IMG/VR virus record: IMGVR_UViG_3300013104_000019
Span: 87,474-151,473 of that record
Length of the DNA stretch: 64,000 nucleotides
Origin: a virus
Lineage: Duplodnaviria; Heunggongvirae; Uroviricota; Caudoviricetes
Direction: 5' to 3' (one strand)
This document shows, one piece after another, positions 45,330 to 55,000 of this stretch. Under the pieces are notes generated by a model. The model worked only from the letters and a program-made list of their open reading frames with translations, made no database searches and was not told the origin of the DNA. A program made the translations under genes and the position numbers. Numbering within the stretch: the first letter of the stretch is position 1; the number at the start of each line of letters is the position of its first letter.

Positions 45330-46805
45330 ATGGCGACTACACCACAATTCACCATGCCGGGTGCGCCTCCATTGGCTAAACCCAGCTTCTTCACTGGTCC
45401 GAACGACGATCTGGCTGTTGCTAATGCATACGCCCAGCAGGGTGGTGTGATCAACGCGATCAAAGACCAGCTGAGCAACTTGGGGATTTCGATTCCTGAT
45501 GTGCTCAAAGGCGGCCGCGCACTGGCTTCGCTGTTGCCGATCGTCACGGGTATCAAAAATGGTGGCCTGTCGACCAATCCGGTTGGATTGATTACGCGTC
45601 TGTTGGCGTCATCGTCACAGATCACGGCTGCTTTCAAGTTCTTGGGTGCAGACGTACAAGCGGACATGATTGCCGGTATGAAGGCACTCGGTCCGGTTGC
45701 AGTCACCATCGGGAACTTGACGCAACAGGTCAAGGTTACGAATTTCGACAATCTGAATTCGGTTGGTAACCTCATCAATTCGTTCACCAATGGTGCAGCG
45801 AACATGGGGATTATCGATAAGGATTCGATTGCGTCGATTGTCGGGGGTATCGTCAAGCAAGCCGGCGGTTACGGCATTAGCGGCGTGTATGGTGCCGTGA
45901 TGACGGGTATCAACGACGTCGAGATCATCTCGAAGGCTGCGAGCCTCTCGTTGCCCTCGGTGATTGCCAATGGCGATGTAGCTTCGCTTAAGCAGATTGC
46001 TCAGTCGCTTTCCCCTGGCGCTGTTGCGCTTTTGCATCCCACTGCGTTGAGTCAGTTCACCCAAGCATTCGATCGCTTGACCAACGCAGGTGGTGTCGGG
46101 TTGAATGCGCCTGTATTCGACTCCAAGACTTTTTCCAATGTCATGGATGCGTTCAACACATCGAACCCGTCCTGGAACGTTTGCACGCGTCAGGGAGCCA
46201 CGTACGGCGATATCACCACTCTCACGCGTGCATCGAGTGACTTCACCGACATGATTTCAAACGGCATCAAGCGATTGGATTCAGGTGACGCTCAGCAGGA
46301 CTACGCGTTGGCCTCGTTGTATGGTCCGCAAGACGTGGGCTCTTCACTCAGTTCGCAGTTTCCGAACGTGGTGCAGACGCAGAACAGCAACTCGCCGAAG
46401 GTGACCGGTACGGGTGATCCGCAGTCGACCAGCATTATCGACAAACTGGCCAGCTTCATGCCGGGTCTGTCGTTTGTCAAGGGTGGTGCTGAAGCCCAAG
46501 CCCGGATCGATTCGACCAACAAGTACTACTCCGCCATGCGGGAAATCAACAACGGTACGTACGATCCGACGAAGTACGGTTTGCCAGCACCGGTGCAAAC
46601 CACGACGCTTTCACCGACGAGCACGTCCACAACGACGAGTACCTCAACCACTGTGACCAATGCATTCGGTCAACAGGTGCAGCGTGGCACGCATGTGCTG
46701 CTGGGGTATAACGCAGCTGGTGTAGCGATCTACGCGGATGATCCGAGTGCGGGCAGTGAACCGCTCTTTCCTTCGGATGCTTACGCGCAGACCACCATCG
46801 CCTAA
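45330..46805 (+). CDS. putative virion (tail/baseplate) protein
   Basis: 491 aa from MATTPQF, Gly/Ala/Ser-rich with a Thr-rich C-terminal tract. Convergent with the baseplate gene. Confidence 0.65.
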   Translation: MATTPQFTMPGAPPLAKPSFFTGPNDDLAVANAYAQQGGVINAIKDQLSNLGISIPDVLKGGRALASLLPIVTGIKNGGLSTNPVGLITRLLASSSQITAAFKFLGADVQADMIAGMKALGPVAVTIGNLTQQVKVTNFDNLNSVGNLINSFTNGAANMGIIDKDSIASIVGGIVKQAGGYGISGVYGAVMTGINDVEIISKAASLSLPSVIANGDVASLKQIAQSLSPGAVALLHPTALSQFTQAFDRLTNAGGVGLNAPVFDSKTFSNVMDAFNTSNPSWNVCTRQGATYGDITTLTRASSDFTDMISNGIKRLDSGDAQQDYALASLYGPQDVGSSLSSQFPNVVQTQNSNSPKVTGTGDPQSTSIIDKLASFMPGLSFVKGGAEAQARIDSTNKYYSAMREINNGTYDPTKYGLPAPVQTTTLSPTSTSTTTSTSTTVTNAFGQQVQRGTHVLLGYNAAGVAIYADDPSAGSEPLFPSDAYAQTTIA

Positions 46806-46806
46806 G

Positions 46807-46844
46807 GGCATAAACGGGGAGGCGTAATGCCTCCCCAATATGCC
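46807..46844. terminator. GGCATA-hairpin-TATGCC element (copy 6)
   Basis: GGCATA..GGGGAGGC-GTAAT-GCCTCCCC..TATGCC between convergent genes. Confidence 0.7.
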
Positions 46845-46845
46845 G

Positions 46846-48966
46846 TCAATGCTGCACGCCCTTGTAGACCATCGAAATGAGTCGACCCGGAGGCGTGTTA
46901 CCCGCCCAGCTTGCCCAGTGAGCCCAGCTCGACCATGTGCTGAAATTCGCCATGGTCTTTGTCAGGTTCAGCTTGTACTTGCGCCAAGCGTAAATCTGAT
47001 CTGCCAAGCCCATACCACCCAGCACAGCCATGTAGTCGGTAAAGACGGTGTCTTCATCGAACGCGCCTGCTGCAATAGCACCCAGTCCGAAACCACCGGC
47101 TGCACCTACCACTCCAGCCAAGGCCCCGCCAGCAATGGCTCCAGCGGCCGCCGCCGAGAAGCTGATACCTTGTGCGATCGGCATATGCAGCACACTGGAC
47201 AGATCCTTCACCGTAAAGGAGACGTCGATTGCCATCACGTGTCCTTCATTGGTAAAGCCCAGATTGCCCGTACCGCGTGTGACCGACATGGAATCCACGA
47301 TTGCCAGCCGCGACTGCTGACGACCTTTGTCGTAGATTTCAATCAGGAAGGGCGAGGTGTAAGACTGCTTACCCGTCGAGAGCGGCAGAGCAAGAGCCAG
47401 CAAACAAGCCAGCGGGATGTGGATGTTCATCATCTGGCTCATCGGGTTGCCGTACGGACTCACCAAGTTGATGGTGTACGACATCGATTTACCATACGTC
47501 GACGATGAAGACTCCCAGTGCTCCGGGATATCCACAAATGCAGCACCAGCAAGCGCTGCCAGACCAGAGACTTGCAGTTGGTCTGCTACCCCACGCACCA
47601 CGTCCACCGCTGCATTGGCCACTGCACCAACCAACTTGCCAACTGGACCACCGACCAGATCACCATTGGCCAAGTCGAAGTTCGTGCTGCGCGACGAACT
47701 GGACATGCTGTTGATCTTGTTGGCAATTTCCGACGGAGCAGTCGACGAGGAGAACGATTCACTCACCGAACCCGTTGCGTTCACCCGGAAGCAGACGAAT
47801 TCCGAGCCATCGTCCATTTCAGCATTGAAGAATTCCTTCAAGCCGTCGTCAGCAGTCGCAGAGGTGATGAGACTTTCCACCGACGAATCCGGATCTTGCG
47901 CAGCGGTTGTGGCCGAGGCGTCACTACCCGATGCATCCACCGAAGTGGTGGAAGTAGGCGTGGTTGGCTGACCATACGCCGTACCGGAAATCGAGCTATC
48001 CTGATTGCCGGATGCATCCACACTACCTGCCCACTTAGCCAGATAAGTCTGAAAGTCAGGCGGTGAATCCGAATACGTCTCCGACATTACCTGCGAAAAT
48101 GCATTGGTGAGGTCTTGCCCGCTCGACAGAATCGATTCAGAAGCCGCTTGCTCCAGCGCTTGATACATGCGGTGCTGCAAGCGCATCGCACGCGTAGCCA
48201 TCGCGTAGACGTTGATTTCACCACCCTCGGTGAAGATGTCAGGGGAGGCTGCGTTAAACGCAGCGCGTGCGGCATCATCCCACTGATAGTCTTGCGAGAG
48301 ATCGACCTTCTCGCCATTGGCATCCACCACCAAGGAGCTACCGCCAATCGATTGCGGATTGCCACCCAGACGCGGCACAATGCCGCGATTGACTGCGATC
48401 TGGTTGACGATGGTCTGCACCGCGTTCCAGTAAAGCGGCATCGTCGGTTTCAGGTAGTAGAACTTGGACGAAGGCTTACCGAGGAAGAACCGGTAGCCAA
48501 TGCCCAGCAGGTGAACAGCAAGCGGCAGCCAGTTCATTATCGTCACTGCAAAACCTACCGCACGACCCAAGGCGTAGAACACACCCGTGGAGCGGCCCGT
48601 ACGCGCCAACTGACCAGCGCCTGTGTTGTAGAAGCCCGTGAAGAAGGTGGTCAAGGAGTTGAACTCCGGCACTCCCGCACGGATAAAAATCAACTGACTG
48701 TTGTCGTCGATGTTTTCGCTGTACCAGCGACCCTGACCGATGCTGCCAGCCAGTCGTTGCTTAGCCGGCCGCAAATCCGCACTACGCGTAAATTGCGGTG
48801 GTGGATTGATGGCAAAGTTGCCGCCAAGCGACGTATCGGTGAATTTGGTTTGATTGGTTGAGAACGTCCGGCGGACGATGTCTCCGCTTGAATCCAACGC
48901 CGAATTCGGAACAGCAAAGGACTGCCGAATCCAGCTTACGTCCTTCACCATGTACGGACTTACCAT
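46846..48966 (-). CDS. baseplate/tail hub protein (phiKZ gp182-like)
   Basis: 706 aa with KFTDTSLGGNFAINPPPQFT and PLSTGKQSYTSPFL..SMSVTRG segments. Directly downstream of the tape measure gene. Confidence 0.75.
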   Translation of the reverse strand: MVSPYMVKDVSWIRQSFAVPNSALDSSGDIVRRTFSTNQTKFTDTSLGGNFAINPPPQFTRSADLRPAKQRLAGSIGQGRWYSENIDDNSQLIFIRAGVPEFNSLTTFFTGFYNTGAGQLARTGRSTGVFYALGRAVGFAVTIMNWLPLAVHLLGIGYRFFLGKPSSKFYYLKPTMPLYWNAVQTIVNQIAVNRGIVPRLGGNPQSIGGSSLVVDANGEKVDLSQDYQWDDAARAAFNAASPDIFTEGGEINVYAMATRAMRLQHRMYQALEQAASESILSSGQDLTNAFSQVMSETYSDSPPDFQTYLAKWAGSVDASGNQDSSISGTAYGQPTTPTSTTSVDASGSDASATTAAQDPDSSVESLITSATADDGLKEFFNAEMDDGSEFVCFRVNATGSVSESFSSSTAPSEIANKINSMSSSSRSTNFDLANGDLVGGPVGKLVGAVANAAVDVVRGVADQLQVSGLAALAGAAFVDIPEHWESSSSTYGKSMSYTINLVSPYGNPMSQMMNIHIPLACLLALALPLSTGKQSYTSPFLIEIYDKGRQQSRLAIVDSMSVTRGTGNLGFTNEGHVMAIDVSFTVKDLSSVLHMPIAQGISFSAAAAGAIAGGALAGVVGAAGGFGLGAIAAGAFDEDTVFTDYMAVLGGMGLADQIYAWRKYKLNLTKTMANFSTWSSWAHWASWAGNTPPGRLISMVYKGVQH

Positions 48967-48980
48967 TGCTTATCTCCAGC

Positions 48981-49037
48981 GGCATATTTAAAAAAGCAGG
49001 GAGAGCCTCGTCCCGTACTAGCGACAAGACCCTCCCA
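48981..49037 (-). terminator. terminator after the tape measure gene, followed by TATGCC before the next gene
   Basis: On the - strand: GGGAG..CTCCC imperfect hairpin, TTTTTT, then TATGCC-GCT-GGAG-ATAAGCA-ATG (48966). Confidence 0.6.
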
Positions 49038-49047
49038 TTACACACGA

Positions 49048-52000
49048 TTAGGAGAAGTTCGGCTTAGCCACCGAAATCGGAGCCCGTTTCATGGGTTGCG
49101 GCACGTTGGCTTGCGCCTTCGCTGCTGCATCCTGAGCATCCGATACTTGCCCAACTTGAGAAGCCTGTTGAGCTGCGTACTTCACCAGCAACTGCATCTG
49201 AGACAGAATCTGCTTAGACACATCGAGGTGCTGCTGTGCAATCCCGCCATCAGGCAAAGCAGCCGGGTTGGCTACTGCTTGATTGCGTTGTGTGGCCAAC
49301 AGATCCGTCGCTGAGCGCGTTGCAGTGGGTGAGAAGCCTGTACCCATTGCTGCGGCCGGCCCCATTGCAGGCACGGCAAACGGATCTTGCGGAGCACCAC
49401 TCGGCTGAACCGGTACCTTGTTCATGGAGGCAGGTTTGCCCTGACCACCCAAAGCATTGAATACCGTCACCGGAGGTTGGTTGCCCGTTCCCGTATCCGT
49501 TGGTGCCGGACCCGATGAACCACCGAAACCCATTGGTGCGCCAGTGCCTGAACTCGTCGGGCTCGACGATTGCGGAACAGGACCGAAACGATCCCCGCCC
49601 TGCTTGTTCGTTTTGTTGGCTTCCACTGCCGCTTGCGCAGCCTTGGCTTCCGGCGTCAGTGCAACAGGCGACCTCCCAGCCGTGCTGCCTGCATCCGATG
49701 CCGTCAACTTCTCACCACCTGCTTGGCCCACTCCGAACTGCTTACCCTTCGTCATGACAAGGTTGTTCAGATAAGCGACGACTTCTCCAACCGTACGAGG
49801 ACGGCTACCTTCGTAGAAGATATTCGGATTGGCCTTCGCCTGAGCCGGCAGCAATTGCGCAGCGATGGTGCTCTTATCACCCTTGAGCAGCTTCACAGCT
49901 GTTCCTGCACCCAAGAAGTGTGCAGCGTAGACTTCACCCGGTGTGGGCATGCGACCCAGACCTTGACGCAAGGTCGAGATGTTGGCCTTGGTGAACTCCG
50001 CCCCCATCAGCGCATTGGCTTTGGGGTTCGTACGTGGCGTGCCCGGTGTGATGCCATACTTCCCACCGTACTTCTTCACCGTTTCATTCCACGTATCGGT
50101 GATGAACTGATACAACCCCGTTGCCGAGGACGTACCTGCTTTCACCGTAGCTCTGAAGCCCGACTCAATGGCAGCCATGACTGACATGAGTTGTGGATCC
50201 ACCCCAACCATCTTGGAGGCAGCGTAGATCAGATCCTTCATGGCGGCGAAACTACCATCGCCTTTCGGGTCAGGCAGATTGTTCAGAGAACCGCCCGTAC
50301 CTTGAGTCGTGGCGTCCACTGGGGAACCACTGCCTTGATACGAACTGCCGCCACCACCAAAGAAGTTACTGACCGTATCCGAAGCTTTACCGAGCCAGTT
50401 CTTGTTACCCTTCTCATCGGTTGTCAATGACTTCCATTTCGAAGCGAACCAGCCTGCGGCACCGCCCTGAGCTGCTGCACCCGAGCCACCCTTCTTGCTC
50501 TCCGTGTCGCCAGCACCCGGCACCCCTTTGATCTCGTCGAGCTTAGTCTTGGTGGCCTTTTCCTGCAAGCCCGCCAAGTTTTCATCCGTCGAGGATACAT
50601 CGGTGTTTGCCTGATACTGAGGCCACGGCATTTGGGCTACTGACCAGACACTCCCTCCTTGGCCATGTGCGGTTCGAATCGCTGCTGCAACATCCAGCAT
50701 CTGATCCGGCTTAAGCGTCAGAAACGCTGCACGCGGATCATTCTTGCGAGCTGCACCACACACCGCTGTGAGGTAGTTCAGGTAAGTCGGCAAGAAGCGC
50801 ATCTTGAACCAGCTGATCCAATTGTACGCTTCAGTCGAGGCCGGACCACTGACACCAAAAGCCGGTGCTTGTTCAGCAAACGTCTTCTGGAAGTCGCCCT
50901 TGTAGGTGGCGACGTATTTCGCATTGATGTCGACGTCCTTGAGCACGTTGTTCTCAAGTACCAGCAACGTCTTCACCTTCTCGATATTCATGTCCTTCAA
51001 CCCGTAGGTCTTAAACCGAATCGTCGAGACGCCGTCGAGTGTGGAACCCACGGACAGATGCGATGCGTCAAAATTGCCCTTCATCGTGACAATTGCACCA
51101 GCAGCGGATGCGCCTGCCTGACTACCGGCATCCGTTCCAGCCAGATCCTTAATGGACTGCCAGTTCGACTGCGGTTGCTTTCTGCCAAGACCTTGGGCGA
51201 CGGTCGCAGCGTCAGCAATGTCCTTCACGGTCTTAGGCTTTTGCTGGTTCGGGTTCTTCTCGGCTTCCGGAGCTTTCTGGACTTCTTCATCCACCTTCGC
51301 CATGAGAGTCTTGGCGTATTCGGCGACATCTGAATCAGAAGTTTCCAGTCCATCCATATCCGGGAAAGGTGCTTCCATGTACTTATACGGACCACCCGGC
51401 CACGAAGCCACCTGCAAGTACGCTTTCTTCTGACCCGCTTTGAGCCCTTCAGCGTCCTTGAGCGACTTCATGTCTTCCTTCACCTTGTGCAACGCAGCCA
51501 TGTGCACCATGAAGACCGGCTTAAAGCGCAGCGTGAACCATTGGACAAACTTCTGCATCTGTCCTTTGTTGTCTTTGTCCACGCCAAACGGTTCGAGGAG
51601 ATCCTCATCCTTCAAACCCTTGGTGCCGAGAACCGGCTTACCCAAGCGGAACGTCACCAGCGGCTCCAGCATGTCTTCCAGCTTCCAGATGGCGTCTTGA
51701 TGACCTTCATCTTTCGGCGAGAAACCGTACTGAATGTAGCGCAGCTTGGACAGATCAGTCAGCTTCTTACGGTTCAGGTATTTGATCCCCTTGTAGAGAC
51801 CATAACCTGCTGCCCCAAGAATCGCACCACCAATCAACACCGGCGCACCGACCAGACCAACCAACCCCGTCCCAATTGCACCTGCCAACCCCAATGCGCC
51901 GCCTGAGATACCCATCAGGCTGGCAGCGGTCGAAGCCAGACCAATGCCCGTGGCTGCTGTACCTGCATAGCCGAGGTATTTGCCCAGCGTCTTGTGACCG

Positions 52001-55000
52001 GACTTATTGGCGTAATGCTCTGCCACATCCAGTCCCAGTCCAAGCCCCAGACCTCCACCCATCTTGGCCAGTCCCAATGCGCCGCGTCCAGCGAAACTAC
52101 CGATGCGCCCCAGGTTTGTGCCGATGTCACGCGCCATCCACGGCAAGCCACGCGTCACGCCCAGCTTACCCGCTTCCCACAACCCACGTCCACCCAGCCG
52201 CAAGCCGGCTCCAAGACCGCGTCCTGCCAGTCCCAAGCCACTCTTGGCCATACCCCACGTCGCAGCGTTGCCAGCCCGGTTCAGGTTGTACAGCTTACCT
52301 GCACCCGTCCATGCACCCTTCAGGCCCGAGAGCAGACCCTTGCGAACCTTAGCGCCCAAGCCGATCTTCTCGGCTGCCTTGCCGCCTGCGAGGGCGTCTC
52401 TAGCGAGCGCTTCTGCTTCGTGCTGTGGCAGACCTGCGGCCATTGCGGCATGCATGATCTCTTCAGCTTCTTGTGCAAGCTTCATGCCCTTGGCTGCTTT
52501 GAATGCCTCAGCCGTAGCCACGAAACCGGACTTACCGGCAGCCCGTGCTGCACCACCGGCTTTGAGCACATCACCCACACCTTGGAGCCCAGCTCGACCC
52601 AGTCCACCCAAGCCGCGAATACCGCGACCGAGACCACGGAAGATCTTGCCACCCGGAATCAGAGAGAGTGCACTCAACGCCAAAGAGCCGTAGCCTGCCG
52701 CATCGGATGACGAACCACCCTTGTCACCTTCGCCGTCTTTGATGCCTTTGCGCTTTTTCAGGAAGTCAAAGAGCGCCTTACCACCTGCGCCCAATGCACC
52801 GTAGATGGACATGCCACCTTCCTTAAACTTCGCAGCAGCTTCACGTGCGACGTCGGCTGCGCTTTCGCCCTTAGCGACGTTACCTGCCAGTCCTTTTTTC
52901 TTCTGGTCTTCGTAACTACCCTCACGAATCCCATCCCCGTCGATGTCCCCTGCCACACGACGCCGCTTGGGCAAGCGGCTATCCAACAGGTCACGGATTT
53001 CCGTCAAGCGTTCAATGATGGTTTTGCCACCCGAGAACGCAATGCCGTCGACATGGAACCAGTTCTTGAAACCTTGCCACTTTCCGGACAGAAAGTCCTT
53101 GGCCATGTTAAAGCCGTTCTGGACTTTATTGAACGCCATTTGCATGGTGTCCTTGCCGAATTGTAGCAAACGCAGTTTGCCTGTGAGTAGAGGTCGACCC
53201 CACTTATCACAGATACCCGTGCGCAGGTCATTGTCCGTCAACACCTGATCACCTGACAAATTCACCACCGGGCCGTCAATGTCTGCCGGCGTCATGATGT
53301 ACTTGTCGCGACGATGCATCGACCGGTAACCCCGTGCCCGCATGATGACTGCTTGCAGTTTCGGAGTTTCCAGATCGTCCTTGGTGTAGACGTCTTGGGC
53401 ATCGAGATGTTGCATGCCCTTGTTGACAGCACTACGCAATGCATCACGCGCTGCGCCGTAGACAGACAGACCACCCTGGAAACCTGCCTTGGCTTTATCC
53501 CAGACCCAGTCCTTGACAGCCAACAACTTCTTGCCTGCCGTGGTTCGCACGAAAGCTTGGGCGGCTTGCTGCGGATCGAGGATCAGGTTGCCTTCCTCGT
53601 CGTAGACCGAACCCTTGATGTCCTTCCAGGATTTGATGAGCTTGCGTTTCGCATCCGTGACAGGGCCATCGTAGTACATCCCGGCTTTGAACCCCCAAGC
53701 CGTCAGGCGAGGTTTCAACTCACCCTCGATGTACACTTCCTTCATGTCTTCCCACTTCTTCTTGGCCTGATCCATCCAGCCACCGACTGTGTCGCGGACA
53801 TTGCCAAATGCACCTTTGACCTTTCCCATGGTCTGGTGGCGGTTATTCCACTGAGCCGTACCCCAGCCCGGTTGTTTCCACCATTCCAATGCCCGTTGAC
53901 CAAGACCACGCGCACGTTGCTTGCCGTGCATCCAGTTCTGCCGCAGTGAGCGATCCCAGAAACTCGGACCACCGGGACCACCCGGCCCCATCATCGAAGC
54001 GTCACCTGCATCTCCCGCATTCCAGACCACGAGTCCTGCTTTCATGATCTCTTCGATACGCGTGAGCGTTTCATTCACCTTATCCAGATGACTGAAACTG
54101 TTGTTGCCCTTGATGGCTTCAATCACTGCGCCGAAGTCTTGCGAGCCAGCGGTACTGCGATCGTAAGCAGCAGCATAACCCGGTGCTTCGTTGACGATGT
54201 GGTTGGTCGTATGGCGAATACCAGAACCACGCAGGTTCGGCGAAGCAGCACCACCGCGCTTGCGCGACGCACGCCGTGATCCGGGTGCACCACCTGCCGG
54301 GCTGTACTTGTTGTCGAGGTGGTAGTCGGAGATCTTTTCGATGTCGATGTTGCCGTACTGATCGACCAAGCCCAGATCTTCGAGTTGATCCAAGAACCCG
54401 GCGTTGGCCAGATCCTGAATTTCCTCGCGAGCCAACTTCACCCCTTGCCCCAGCGAGACGTGCTTGTTAGCAAACTGCACCCGTTGCGCGTAGCTACGGT
54501 CGTTCTCCTTACTGTAACGATCCTCGAAGTGACGGGCGAGTTCAAACGAGTGATTGTTACGGTGATTCAGCGGGTCCATGTAGTGCTCGGCTGAACCGGA
54601 CTGATTGTGCAGGTTGTCCCGCATCAACTGCTGACGCAGCGCAGCCCGCGCTCCCGGCGAGAGTTTCTTCTGCGGGTCGATTTCATTGAGCAGCTCTTCC
54701 ATGTCGCGGTTGAGCTGTTCGCTGTTCGACTTGTTGATGACGGTATTGTAAAGACGCTTGCGTACTTCACTGGTGCGACTGAACTTGTTGCTCGTGAAGT
54801 CGTACGAGGTCAACTCGACACCTTCATCGCCCGTACGCATGACTTGCAGCTCACGGAAGATACGAGCCAAGTAACCCGGAATGACTTCCGTGATCGACTT
54901 AGCCACTTGACGCGAGAAGATCGCCGGACCTTGCATGTCTTTCAAGCGGTCCTTCTGGATGGTGCGATCCAAGCCACCATTCATCATGATCGCATCGCGC

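Noticed and set aside
10917-46844. Palindromic repeats as a CRISPR array or IS ends
   Set aside because: The copies are single, kilobases apart and located at gene junctions, with no spacers, cas genes or transposase.
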